A stretch of DNA of 64,000 nucleotides, from the NCBI GenBank assembly GCA_009914755.4, contig CP068257.2, positions 38,048,001 through 38,112,000 on the forward strand. The letters run 5' to 3'. The notes under the pieces are model-generated. The model did not search any database. It saw only the letters and a program-made list of their open reading frames with translations, and was not told the origin of the DNA. This document shows positions 1 to 11,899 of the stretch, one piece after another (the stretch's first letter is position 1; each line of letters begins with the position of its first letter). This DNA comes from the human T2T-CHM13v2.0 reference genome, Homo sapiens. The position numbers and the translations under genes were made by a program.

Positions 1-75
1 TGCAGCCTTGAACTCAACGAGCCTCAAACGAGCCTCCTGCCTCAGCCAGTGGGTAGTTGGGATTACAGGTGTGTA
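1..75 (-). mobile_element. Alu SINE fragment (right-arm portion, truncated by window edge)
   Basis: Reverse-complement Alu motifs cctcctgcctcagcc...gggattacaggtgtg at the window start. Confidence 0.55.
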
Positions 76-1559
76 TTTCTTTATACAATGAATAATTCTT
101 TTTCTTGAGGAAAAAACATTATTTCATGAATCTAGAACTTGAAGGAACCTTAGAGCTCATTCAATCCTGCCTCCTCTTTTATGTGGGATGCAAACGAGGC
201 TCAGAGAGACGTAACAACTTGCCCAGGACCTTCCCAGCTTGTTTGTTGCAGAAGGAGGGTTCCAGCTCAGCGTGGGTTTCCTGGTGCTGTCTTGTCTGGA
301 TGTGAGAGTGAGAAACAATGTGAAAGCATGAGTGAGGAGGCCAAGCAGTGCTTCCCCAGGAACACCCAGCGCTAGCTCCAGAGTGGGAATGGAGAGGTCC
401 AGGTTGGCCGGGCCGGGGCTTCACCGCAGGCACCCAGAGAGGAAGGATTCCGATGGGCAGGTGCTGAGCTAGGGGCTGTGTAGGTATTGCCTCATCTACA
501 TGCTCTCAATGAGTTTTCCGGGGGCAGAGACCTGCAGTTGCTCAGGTTTACAGATTAGGAAACTGAGGCAGAGAGAGAGAGGGTGAACAACTCATTCAAG
601 GTTACATAGGTGAAAAGTGGTGGAAACGGGGTGACCCTAAGCTGCCCTGTGGCCTCCCCAGCCACCTGCTGACGGAGCTGTGGGAGCACATTGCATTGGC
701 TGCTCCCACTGCCTCTCTGGGGTGCCTCCTCAGACTCCCCCAACCATACACGCCTACCCCCAGCCCCCAAACCTCCGTACTCTGCCTTCTACTGTGACTG
801 TGGCAGAAGCCACTTGGCCCCCGTGGTGCCAGAACCCCTGGTATTGGACTGACTCCAGCTCTTCTTCCACAGCTCCTGATGTGGCCTCACTCTCGTCCTA
901 CCACCTGCTGTCCCCTCTGCTGGATCACCCCATTAGCACACAGACACGCTGCCATTTTCCACCTGACCAGAAATGGCCACCACCTTCCCCGACCCCTTCC
1001 CTGACCCCCTTCCCCGTCCCGCTGCCCCATCCTGTTGCGTTTCTGGTGGAACCCCGCACGAGAGTTTTACTTGTCTGTTGCCTCGTCCTAATCCTTCCCT
1101 TCTTTCCCAAATGCCGTCTCATCAGACTTCTGCACCCCCACTCCACCCACGTGGCCCTTCTCAGGGCACCCACCACCCCCTGTGGCTGGGTCCTGTGGGC
1201 AGTTCTTGTTCTCCTCCTGCTTGACGTGGCGAGTCCTCATCACCAGCTTCCAGGACACCGGGTGCTCTTGGTCTCCCTCCTCCTTGCTGCTCGCCTTTTC
1301 CATCTCCCCTGCTTGCTCCTTCTCTTTGCTCTGACAGTGTCGTGCTGGAGGATCCTGGGCTCTGCGTGGGGCCCCCTTTCTTCCCTGGTTATACCCAGTC
1401 CTCCGAGGGGCCCACCTTGTCTCATGGCTTTAAATATGTTGATGATGTTTCCATTTATCTCCAGCCTAGAACTCTTTCTTGCTCTTCAATCCACTGCCTA
1501 CCTGATTTCCCATAGTGAACAATCCAACACTGACCTTCTGGTTAACTGCCCCACATCCA

Positions 1560-2455
1560 GCCCATCTGCAGCCATTCCCGTCTCAGGTAATGGCCACTCC
1601 ATCTTCCTGCAGCTCAAGTGGGAAGCCCTGGAGCCATTCCGACTCCTCTCCCATCTGGTGCATCAGGAAAGACTGTGGGAACTACCTTCAAATTCTCTCC
1701 AGGAGCCAACCACCTCCTGCCCCTCCACTGCGACCACCCTTGTTCAAGCCTGCATTGCCTCTCACCTGCATTCGTGCAGCTACCTCCAGACCCTCCCTCA
1801 GCTTCCATTATTGCATCCTTTGGTCTCTTCCCAGCAGCATCCAGAGTGATCCTTTGAAAATCTCATTTCTCTGCTCAAAACCCTCCTGAGGTTTCCCATC
1901 ACCAAGGATATTAAGGATAAAAACCACATCCTTCATACCATTGTCTACCTGTGATTCCCTAATCGTGTCCCTTTGCTCACTCCCTCTGGCCTCTTGCTGT
2001 TCCCTGAACAGCAGTCTGTTCCAGCCACAGCAGCCCCTTTGCCCTATGTGCCCATCCCCGTCAGCCTTGGCACTGGCTGTCCTCTCTGCTGGGAGTGCCC
2101 TTTCTTCAGATGCTCTCATGCTTCGCTTCTTTGCCTTGTTGACATTTGGTCAATGTCACCTTCTCAGTGAGGCCTACCCTGACCTCCCTGTAGGAAAATG
2201 CAACTCACCTCACTCCCATGCCCCGTACCTTATATTGTTTTCCTTGCGCTTACCAATTTCTAACAAAGCATGTAATATCTGTTTATTATAACATATCTAT
2301 ATTTTATGGTTTATGTTTCACGCGACTTGAATGTAACCTTTGTGTGGGCCGTGGGTCTTTCTCTGTTTCCTTCACTGACGCACCTTGGATTCTTAGCATG
2401 GTCCCAGCACATAGTAGATGCTCAATAAACATTTGTTGAGTGGAACTGAATGTAT
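1560..2455 (+). mobile_element. L2 LINE 3' end / MIR-type tail (ancient)
   Basis: Ends with ...ggtcccagcacatagtagatgctcaataaacatttgttgagtggaactgaatg, the shared L2/MIR 3' terminus. Upstream sequence is pyrimidine-rich and L2-3'UTR-like. Boundaries are approximate. Confidence 0.45.
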
Positions 2456-2752
2456 TGGTATGGTAGGTGGGTTTTAGAAGGGAATGGGTGAACCAGGACT
2501 GAAAAAAAAGAAATATTTTTCAAAGTAAGCCAACACTGTGGTTTCACTTGAGTCAGTAAGTAGGAAATGGGTGCGACTCTGTGACCTGAAAACCTAGAAA
2601 TGCTCCACAGCCATGCTCTTCACCCCTTTTCTTCCAAAACGGAAAACCTCACACAATGCAGGGTGGACAGAATCACACGGTGCAGTCTGTGCGCCTGTCC
2701 TCCAGCCCGACACCTGGCCAGTCCTGTCTCATCTACACTGTCATGCAAACTC

Positions 2753-3045
2753 TTGTTTTTGTTTGTTTGTTTTTGAGACAGAGTCTCACTCTGTCACCTA
2801 GGCTGAAGTGCAGTGGTGCAGTCTTGGATCACTGCAACCTCCACCTCCTGGGTTCTTGTGCCTCAGCCTCCCGAGTAGCTAGGATTATAGGCATGCACCA
2901 CCAACCAGCTAATTTTTGTATTGTTAGTAGAGACGGGGTTTCACCATGTTGGCCAGGCTGGTCTTGAACTCCTGACCTCAGGTAATCTACGTGCCTCAGC
3001 CTCCCAGAGTGCTGGGATTATAGGTGTGAGCCACCACACCCAGCC
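2753..3045 (-). mobile_element. Alu SINE, full length
   Basis: T-rich leader followed by reverse-complement Alu: gagacagagtctcactctgtcacctaggctg ... gctgggattataggtgtgagccaccacacccagcc. Confidence 0.9.
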
Positions 3046-3589
3046 ATGTTTCAAGAATTTGTGCTTCAGCTCAGCACTTAGTGGCAGTGGGAAGACCAGA
3101 CCTCCTGACCCTTCAGCCTGCTGGCATCCACCATGCCTTAAAAAACAAAACAAAACCCTAAATGTATTTAATTCCTGCTCCTCTTCAAACACACCATTGT
3201 AACCACATAATACACTGTGTGAAAAGAGAGGAAAGAAAAATCCAAGTCAACAATAACTTGCCAGGCCTTCTTTCCTTGAGCCCCATATCCCACGCCCGCT
3301 GTGCTAACCTCTGGCTTGCCGCCCACACCTGTCTGGATTCATCCCGACTCGAGCCACCTCCTCCTAACTGGTCCCACGGGCCTGTCCCTGCCACTTTCCA
3401 ATCTGTCCTCCACTTGACATTTGGAGTAATTTTTTAAAACAGCAAATCTGATTAGGAAACTCAGAGGCCCAGGGAAGCCAGTGACTTGCCCTCTGGCACC
3501 CTGTCCTGAGGGTAGAGCTTCCTGGCACAGGGTCAGTGAGCCCCGAGGCCACCTCCCTGGAGGCTGCAGGAGGGTGAGCGTGGTCAAGA

Positions 3590-3900
3590 GCAGCAATTTT
3601 CATTGTTTCATGTGTCATTGCCTATTTAACGAGCTTCGCAGTGCCCTCAATTTGCTAAGTTAACTTTGGCCACGCCGTCCGTGAGAGGTCAGACTGGTGA
3701 TTTCCAACTCCCACCGGGCACCGGGTGCTGCACCGGTTATCCCAACAGGCTGGCACAGAGGGCTGAAATGGACTTGGAAAGCCAAATAATTAATTTTCAT
3801 GCGAGTTTTTGATCCCCTTGAGTGTGGTTATTTTTGTGCAAAAAATTATCCCGATGTTTACTTTGGTTTCATAAGTAATTTATTAAAATTCCTTCCTAAG
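3590..3900. promoter_or_regulatory. Candidate conserved non-coding element (CpG-retaining, TAAT-rich, repeat-free)
   Basis: About 10 CpGs in 310 bp (obs/exp about 0.7, against about 0.15 in nearby unique DNA). Motifs taattaattttcatgcgag and tttgctaagttaactttgg. No similarity to Alu, L1, MIR or LTR. Confidence 0.3.
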
Positions 3901-4299
3901 CTTTAAATTTCAGCTAACAAATATGAGCATGGCCTCTGGGAATGGTAAGAACAAGGAAGCATTGTGTGTGTGTGTGCACACCCCAAGGTTGTGCAGCTAG
4001 AAGTGCAGAATGTGGATTCCGTCCGCTCTTTAGGGCACAGCTAGCCCTGTGCACCTGTAGAAACTGTACTGACGTACAGCCTTGCAGAGCCTCCAGCTTC
4101 CATGGTGGCAGGAGCCATGGAAAATAGAGACCCACCCGGTAAGGAGGTAACTGGGACACCAGGTTACTGTCTACCTGGTGGGGAAGCTGGGGAAAAGGGC
4201 CCATGGGAGGATACTAACTGGGGAAGAGGAGACCTTGCTTCCAGGGCTGGGCGACCCACTTACGGAGGCCCCATTCCATTTACATCTCCGCTCAAGCCT

Positions 4300-4510
4300 C
4301 CGCCTCCGGGTTCCAGCCCTGGCTCTGCAATTTGCTAGCTGTGGCCCCAGGTGGTCATTCTCTCTGCACCTCAGTCTCTGCATCTCTATAAAATGGGATG
4401 ATAATAGTGTTCACCTCAGAAGGTTGTCAGAGGTGTGGAAATTAAGATAATTCACATTGAGTTCTTGGCACGGCTGTGCCTAGCACTGGGTGCAGGCTGA
4501 ATGCATGGGC
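4300..4510 (+). mobile_element. MIR SINE
   Basis: gggttccagccctggctctgcaatttgctagctgtg...cctcagtctctgcatctctataaaatgggatgataatagtgttcacctcagaaggttgtcagaggtgtggaaattaagataattcacattgagttcttggcacggctgtgcctagcactggg matches the MIR core and 3' region. Confidence 0.6.
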
Positions 4511-5185
4511 TGCTATCGCGATGTTGTATCTAATGGCCTGCAGTGGTTGCTTAGCAGCAATGGGTTTGCTTGGTTATTTCCTGATTTGGGGTAAATAGAT
4601 CCAGAGACCAAGGCTCCATGTTATCCCCAGCACCGGGCTGACCCCAAGTACCAGAGAGGTCTCCATGGCCCCAGGCTGCAGAGGACCCAGGTTACAACTT
4701 GCTCAAGTAGACCCAGGATCTAGGCTTATCCTAGTAGATCTTGGTACCAGGCCAGCCTCTGTGACCTGAGACTCCAAGACCACCATTGCAGACCCAGGCT
4801 CTAAGCTAGCCTCTGCAAACTCAGGATATATATTCCAAATATCCCTGATTTGGGGGGCAAGGTCTGTGTGTGATTTGCAGAGTAACGATATGAAGAAGGA
4901 GGTCTTGTTAAGATGGCGTGGTGTGGAGTGCCCAGGTGTGAAATGGTTGTCTCAATGGAAGTTGTAGCCTCCTCCTCCCATGACATCATCCTCACACGTG
5001 CTCAGTGTTAGGCATTTTTTCCCCCTCCTGCTCTGAATCAATGCGAGTGAGATATGCATGCGGGAGGGACAAGCTTGCATGGCACCCAGCTGTGGTACAT
5101 TTAGAACTCGGCCTCAGCCCTCCAGTGTGACCTTGGGCATACCCTTCACCCCCGGGCTCTGTTCGCTGGGGCAGGGTCTGCGCTC

Positions 5186-5400
5186 TGGAGTCAGGCTGCC
5201 TGGGTTTGAATTTTACCTTTCTCGCCAAGTCCCTTGAGTGGCAAGTTACTTATCTTCTCATTGTCTCCGTTTTGTTATCTGAAGAATGGGACCATAGTAG
5301 TTCCCGCCTCATGGGATGATCATGTGGGTTAAATGAGAGGATGAGTATAAACTGCTCAACATCCCATGGTAGGTGCTCAGTAAATGCAGGTGCTTATGAT
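5186..5400 (+). mobile_element. MIR SINE
   Basis: ggagtcaggctgcctgggtttgaatttt...tcccttgagtggcaagttacttatcttctcattgtctccgttttgttatctgaagaatgggaccatagtag...ctcaacatcccatggtaggtgctcagtaaatgc. Confidence 0.65.
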
Positions 5401-6663
5401 TATAGTCAGTGTTTGGGCTGTGAATTTTGGTGGATTCTATGGTGGTGTATACAGCACTATCTATCAGTGTACCTGTCAGTGTCTGGTGATCTCTGTGCAA
5501 ATCAAAAACTCTTCAGATTGAGTCTGTAGGGCTTTGTTTCAGCTCTTGTTCTTTTTCTTCATTTGAATCTTTCCTGGAACTCTTGGAGAAGTTCTTCTGT
5601 TCGTGACATTCTTCACAATCAGAGCACTGTGTTCTTGACCCTCTTAATTCAGAATATGTGAAAATCTGAATGAGGTAAAAGAAGTTGGAGCTGGAAGATG
5701 CCTTAGAAATTATCTACAGTATTTTTTTTTTTAAGATAAAACCTTTTACAGTTAGGAAAGCCAAAGCTCAGAAAAATGGAGTGACTTTGCCAGGTCCTTC
5801 AGCGAGTGGCACATCCAGGATTAAAAGCTGGCATCAGAAATCCCATGTCAGACATTCATTCGTTTATTTATTCATCTGTTGAGTGCTCAGTGCTTTGACC
5901 GGGCATCCTGAATGAGGGTCAAGCTGAGGTTCGAGGCCGTGGGTTTTGCATACAGAGCTTTCACTGGGTAAATACACAATGCTGAGAAGATTATCAGGGG
6001 CACCTGATCCCTTGACAGCTGAATAAAGAAGCGTTCCAGTGCCTTCTCTGTGGGCATCGTAAGCCATGTCCATCCATACCTGCTGTTTCACTGAAACCCC
6101 ACAGCAGCCTCTGGAGGGCACCATTCTTATAATTATGCCCCTGGATTTAAGAGGAGGAAACTGAGGGGCAGGTGACTCAGTGACTTCCCCGGGGGCTCAG
6201 ACGTGGTGGAGACACAGGCCCTCGGCCTCCAAATGCTGCCTCCCGCGAGCAGCCTTGCTTTTCTCCACTTGGCACAGTGGTGAGTCCTCCGATGTATCTG
6301 CTTTCATAGGAAGCTTGGGACCAGCCCTGCCCAAGGAGTGTGCCACCTGACCCCTTTTCCTGTCTTCTGTCACTTTTTTTTTTCCAAGTGTTGATATGAG
6401 TTTCAGTCTGCCCCTTCCTGGGCCTGTTTGACCTCCTGGGATTCGGCACTTAGTTATCTGTGTCATTCCCAAGGACCTCCCGTTTAGCTGGATCCCCTGA
6501 CCTGTCCTGCCCTGGCCAGCCCTCTCTTGAGGTTACTCAAGTGTCCAATGGCAGCCCAAACAAATGTCTGGCTTCAGAAAATAAACTCTTCAGTCCAGCC
6601 CACTTTCCCTGTCTCCCTATCTAATGCCCTTGCAAAACAAGCCCGGGGGCGCCACACTCAGAC

Positions 6664-6722
6664 TGTGTGTGTGTGTGTGTGTGTGTGTATCTATGAGAGA
6701 GAGAGAGACAGACAGACAGATC
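6664..6722. repeat. Compound microsatellite (TG)12-(GA)6-(GACA)3
   Basis: Read directly: tgtgtgtgtgtgtgtgtgtgtgtgtatctatgagagagagagagacagacagacagatc. Confidence 0.95.
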
Positions 6723-7357
6723 TGAGGCTCTAATTAGAGATACCATGCTCAGTGGAAGCTGGTTCTGAACAATGTTAACTGCCCCACCCGTGTCCATGAA
6801 GGGCAGTGGAAGAGCAAGGGGCGGTTTAATTACCTGGGATGTAAAACAGCAGGCACCCCCACTGCCCTCCTCAGCTGTTGGGGTGGCAGGGTGGAGTTGA
6901 GGGCCTCACTCGTTTTCACCTTTGCACAATCAGTCACACATTTGTTATATGACAGCTATGTGCCACACACCCATGTTCAGTAAGGTGGAAGCCAGCTGCA
7001 GGCGTGGTCCACAGTTCCAGACATCTCTGAAGGATGTGACACCAACTTTCAGGCAGAACATTTAGAAAGAGTGAAATAAAGTGAAACAGATCAACCAGCC
7101 TATTGAGTATCTACGTGTTTTTTTTACAGGCAAGAACTGAGGAGGCAATACTATTTAGAATCCTTGATAAACAGTTCCAAAAGAAAAAAAAAAACAGGCT
7201 TTGGTGACTCTCATGGGCCCTCCATGCCAAGAGTCTATGGCTCTGTGATATATTAAATCAGGCTTGTTAATTATTTAATCTAACAGCTGCCATGCACCCT
7301 CATTTTAAAAACAGATGAGGCAATGTTTACATTTTCTCCATGTCCTCCATTTGGAAG

Positions 7358-7710
7358 TGTCTTAGTTTGTTTTGTGTTGCTGTAACAGAATACCACAGAC
7401 TGGGCGATTTATAGACAATAGAAATTAATCTGGCTCATGGTTCTAGAGGCTAGGAAGTCCAAGAGCTTGGCACTGGCCTCTGGTGAGGGCCTTCATGCTG
7501 TGTCATTGTGGGCAAAAGAGCAAAACTTGTTTTGATAAAATCACTCTTGGCAATAACTGACCCTCCTCTTATAATAACATTAATTCATTCATGACAGCAG
7601 AACCCTCCTGACCCAGTCACCTCTTAAAAGGTCCCACCTCTCAACGCTGTTGCACTGGGGATTAAGTTTCCTTACACATGCACTTTGGGGGACACATTCA
7701 AACTGTAGCA
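7358..7710 (-). mobile_element. ERVL-MaLR solo LTR (MST/MLT-type), reverse orientation
   Basis: tgtcttagtttgttttgtgttgctgtaacagaataccacagactggg ... gcactggggattaagtttccttacacatgcactttgggggacacattcaaactgtagca. This is the reverse-complement layout of THE1/MST-type LTRs (TG...CA termini). Confidence 0.5.
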
Positions 7711-8589
7711 GGAAGTATTTGCTTTCTCATAACATTTTTTTAATTAATTAATTTTCAGCGTTTGTTATATCAGAATGGACATTATAGCAATTTCCATGGC
7801 TGTGTCGCTCCTGGCAGATTTTAAAGTTCTTCCAGCCTGATTCCTCTCTCTGTTTGGGTCTCTGGCATGGTGCCTGCTGGAGAGTAGATACTTGATAATT
7901 ATCTATTGGGTTCTCAGGGGATCTCTCAAAGGTGGTATTCAGGCACCCACAAGGCAACTCCCATCACAAGAAAGAATGGTGGCCTGGGAGTGAGCTGTAA
8001 GGTTCCTTCAAACATCAGTTCCTGAAGCCTCTTTTATTCATTATTGTTGGGACTTGTTTTTATTTCTGTTTCGTTCTACGTGACCCCAAAATCTGTATGT
8101 GAACACTAGGAACTTTATCATGGGCTGAGGTGTATTTGAAGTAAACTCTTAACTATGTCTCTGGGATATGAAAGGTGCTTACATTCTCTGTTGGGAATGT
8201 AGAGAGAAGGATTTGCAGTGTGTGGCCCCTGGGAATGTAGAGGCATGAATTTCTGTCTGTTTTCCTGCTGTTGAAATCTGAGTGCTAGGAACGGACCTCT
8301 TGCTCTCAGATTGGCCTTGAAGCTGAAGGGAACCTGTCCACCCTCTGCACAGGGCAAGAGCCACGCCAACAGGAGGAAGTTGGAGTGCATCCTGGCACCT
8401 GCCAATCGGAAGACTGACAAACAAAAAATTAGTTTTTAATTAATTTAAAAAATGATCTTCCTACTTATCAGACACAATCACTTTTAAATATGAGCAGAAA
8501 AACGAACTCCATAGCCAAATGCAACATTTTGTGTCATACTGCTTTACATCATCTATTCTACCTCCATTCACTGGTCAAAGAAGCGCAGA

Positions 8590-8698
8590 GTTAAGTTGGC
8601 CAGTGTGGCGTGGACACAGCCAGGCGCAGACCCTCCTGCCAGCGAAGCCAGCGTGAGGTCTGTTGGCTCAGGGGTCCAGTCCCTGGGTCCCCGAAGAG
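8590..8698 (+). ncRNA. Candidate non-coding (first?) exon ending at a consensus 5' splice donor gag|gtaagc
   Basis: Local GC/CpG-rich block (ggccagtgtggcgtggacacagccaggcgcagaccctcctgccagcgaagccagcgtgagg...ccccgaagag) immediately followed by gtaagcc. No ATG in the block, so if real it is untranslated. Confidence 0.2.
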
Positions 8699-9263
8699 GT
8701 AAGCCAAAGACATAGTGATACTTGGTTCAATTCGGCTCCAGAGAGTATCAGATGGGAAATAGATGACTTGTTTTACCTGGTCAAATAAGACATCACTAAA
8801 ATCTACCATGACTGGAAATTACTTAATGCAACCAGAGGAGACTTCGCAGTCAAATTTTGCTTTTCCTAAAAGACACGAAATTAAATTTACATGTCACTGA
8901 ATGCTATTTGAAACTGTCATTTCCTTGTATATTAGGGGGATCTGCTAGACTCTTATGTCATTGTATTTTGGAAATGGGTATATGTCCTTATTATTGGTTA
9001 ATAATCATATTTATTTTTAATGAAAATTAAATTATGAAAATAATGCACTTAACTAGGTGAGTTTTAGGTTGTCGATTGATGTGATAATTCACTCTTCCCG
9101 AAAAATTGGCAAGGTAATGGTCTGAATCGGACAATCCTTTTGTTTTTACATTGATGTTTTCTATATTTATTTTGTACCTGGAAAAATATTTTTACAATTT
9201 ATTTTGATTTTATATGTGTAGAAAAATGTACTGAACAATGTTGACATGCTTATTTTTGTAAGA

Positions 9264-9437
9264 GATGGGTACTTCTTGTTCCCCTTGGATTTCGGAAGCA
9301 AAGCAATGGGACCCTACGCTTCAGAGTCTTAATGGGGTGGGGCAGTGTCCATTGAGGTGTCCTGTCGGGAATGACAAGTCCAGGGCAGATTATGAGGCAG
9401 GCATCCTTTGGAGTTCTTCTCTCAGGTATATTTTAAC
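9264..9437 (+). other. Candidate internal exon (acceptor cttatttttgtaag|, donor ctcag|gtatat), speculative
   Basis: Polypyrimidine-AG acceptor at about 9263, open frame of 58 codons, weak GT donor at 9438, and 3 retained CpGs. Splice-signal pattern only. Confidence 0.12.
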
Positions 9438-10529
9438 TAAAAGCTATCATTTAAGTTGAAGAAATCAAGTCTTGTGAATTGATACGATTGTACTTCTAGA
9501 GTCTTTGATGATAAGTTGTCTTTGCGGTACAGATTGGCTCCTCGATCTTTCAAAGTGTCATTTAAATGGAAATAAATGTCTGAAACAGATGTGTGTTTCT
9601 GACTTAATCATGCATGGGTCACCGTTCCTGCAGTACTGCAGGCCTGGAAATCTCTGCCCACCGATGCTCCTGGCAGGCTGCATCCAGGACCCGCTCAGAA
9701 ACGAATCTGGAGTTGGAGGCGGCAGGGAGGGAGGGGTGCAGCACTGTGTGTGGGGAAGTGGTGGATCCTGAAGGTGGGCGGGGGGTGGTGCAGCTTCAGA
9801 GGATGAGGGTCCCTCCTGCTCCCTCCCCACCAGCCGGCCTTGCCATCCCCCTGTGGCAAGGTGGGGGCTGTCCCTGGACCCTGGAAGGCTGGTCCTTTCT
9901 CGCTGGCTGCTCCCTCCTCCGGGACTCCATGCCCACCATCATCTCCTCTCCCACAATGGCCACTTCTCCCTTCCAGAACCTTCCTCAGCACACAAGCCTG
10001 CTCTCACTGCCCACTCAAAGATGACTTGCTGGACTTTCCCCTTTTCTAGTAGTGCCTTTCTCTCTCTTTTTTCCCTTAAGGCTAAAGCTCCTCCCAAGAG
10101 TGGCCTTCCCCTCTGCTGCCACCTCAGCTCCCCTCTCCTTTCCCCCACCATGGCCCTGAATTAGCTGTTGCGGCCGCACCAGCACTTGGGTTGGGTCAGC
10201 ACCGTGTCACTCTGGGCGCTTGCCTGGCCAGGTCTTGGCAGTGCCTGGCACTGGAGCCTGCCCTGCTCCCTCCCGCACCCTCCTGGCTCCAGGACATCTC
10301 AGCCTGTTGCCTTTCCTCCCCTCCCAGCAGCTCCCTCCACTCTTTTTGGCTCACTCCACCTCCTTGTCCCGCCCTCTCATGGTGGAGGGCCCTGGCTGAG
10401 ACCCCAGGCCTCCCGCTCGCCATCAGTACTGCCTGCCAGTCAGAGCACCTGTCTCCCCATGTGTTCGTTTGTCTCAGGGCCATGGAAACAGAACACAAGC
10501 CATCCAGCTGGAAAGAAACGCAACAGGTG

Positions 10530-10845
10530 TTTCTCTTCCCGTCGTCTTGGAGGCCAGGTGTCCAAGATAAAGGTGTCGTCAGGGCTGGCTCCTCCTGAGG
10601 CCTCTCTCCTTGGGGTGTGGATGGCGCCTTCCTCCTGTCTCTGCACATGGCCTCTCCTTTGTGTGTGTCTGTCTCCATTTCCTTTTATATTTTATAAGGA
10701 CACCAGTCACATTGGATCTGGGCCCACCCTCTTGACCTCATTTTAACTTGATTACCTCTTTAGAGACCCCGTCTCTGGCTACTGGAGGTTGGAACATCAG
10801 CAGATGAATTTTTTTGACAGGGGTCATGATTCAACCTGTAACATC
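10530..10845 (-). mobile_element. MaLR-type LTR fragment (MLT1-like), reverse orientation
   Basis: ...ttttataaggacaccagtcacattggatctgggcccaccctcttgacctcattttaacttgattacctctttagagacc...ttcaacctgtaaca. Confidence 0.45.
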
Positions 10846-11574
10846 ATGGGTTTCAATTCCATCTCTATGTTGATGGCTCCCAAATATGGGTCATGACCTC
10901 TGACTTTTCACTGAACCCCAAACCCAGATATTCCAGTTCCTGTTCAGCAGCATCACTTTGATGTAAAATGGGCAAAGCTGAACTCTCACTTTTCCCCTTC
11001 AGACTGGCCTCTCTGCTATCTCAGTATTTCTGCTGCCAGTGCCTCACGCTCAGGAGTTTGCTTTGGCTCCTGTCTTTCCTGAACATCCTGCAGCAGCAGG
11101 TCCCGAGCCTCCTCAGGGGAGAAGAGCCTAAATCGGGCCGTTTTCACTGCCCTCAGCCCCCCACCCAGGCCGCTGTCATCCGTCACCTACACTTCTGCGG
11201 GGGTCTCCCAGTGAGCTCCCTGTGCGTTCTTTGACATGTGTGTGGCCTCATCTACACAGAGTGGTCTCTGAAATGCATGAATAAGATCGTGGACCACTGC
11301 TGCTCATTGTTCTAGAAGTTTTTATTTACCTTCAATGTGACTGTGAAGTCCTTACCATGACTCACAAGATGACCTCTGGCTCCTGAATGCCCCTGCAACT
11401 CCCCACCACGCCCTGCCTTTCACCCCTGGGCCAGCACACGGTCCTTGCACTTTCCTCCAGGCAGCCCAGCCCCTTCAGCCCCGTCAGTGTCACGTGTTTC
11501 CCCAGGACCTTCCCGTGGGTGCCTCTCATGCCATAACAGGGCACCACAGATGAGTCGGCTTCAACAACAGACCT

Positions 11575-11887
11575 CGGTTCTCTCACAGTCCTGGAGGCTG
11601 GCGTCCCAGATCAAGCCGTCACAGGGCTGGTTCCTCCTGAGACCCCTCTCCTGGGCTTGCAGATGACATCTTCCCCTTGTGTCCTCATGGGGCCATCCTT
11701 CTTTGTCTGTGTCCTCATCTCCTGTCCTTACAAGGACACCTGTCTGATAGGGTCAGGGCCCAACCTGACGACCTCATTTTACCTTGATTACTTCTTTAAA
11801 TGCCCGATGTCCAAATACAGTCACATTCTGAGGTGCTGGGGGTCAGGACTTCAACATATGGATCTTGGGGGGATTCAAGTCCACTGC
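11575..11887 (-). mobile_element. MaLR-type LTR fragment, same family and orientation as 10530-10845
   Basis: ctcacagtcctggaggctggcgtcccagatcaag...cttacaaggacacctgtctgatagggtcagggcccaacctgacgacctcattttaccttgattacttc...ggacttcaacatatggatcttggggggattcaagtccactgc. Confidence 0.45.
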
Positions 11888-11899
11888 TAACACCGCCCC

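Noticed and set aside
680-1849. 389-aa ORF on the plus strand (longest in the track), Pro/Ser/Leu-rich
   Set aside because: This strand is strongly pyrimidine-rich over about 690-2300 and looks like L2-3'UTR-like C/T-rich sequence. Stop codons need purines, so they are depleted by composition alone. Overlapping ORFs are open in other frames and on the opposite strand too. There is no Kozak or splice context, and the product is low-complexity with no recognisable domain. I read it as a composition artefact.
4600-4800. Loose about 40-bp tandem-like repetition (gacccagg…tctaggcttatcctagtagatc…)
   Set aside because: Only two to three degenerate units and no clear periodicity on closer reading. 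Likely chance similarity or a very old minisatellite remnant.
10156-10163. NotI site gcggccgc in gttgcggccgcaccag
   Set aside because: Isolated 8-mer in a GC-rich region. No surrounding CpG island. No biological significance inferred.
9600-10750. GC-rich stretch with five or more overlapping ORFs on both strands (up to 192 aa), looks gene-like
   Set aside because: ORFs are open in several frames on both strands at once, which is the signature of GC-rich stop depletion. CpG is not enriched, so this is not a CpG island. Part of it (10530-10845) is a MaLR LTR. No consistent single frame or splice structure.
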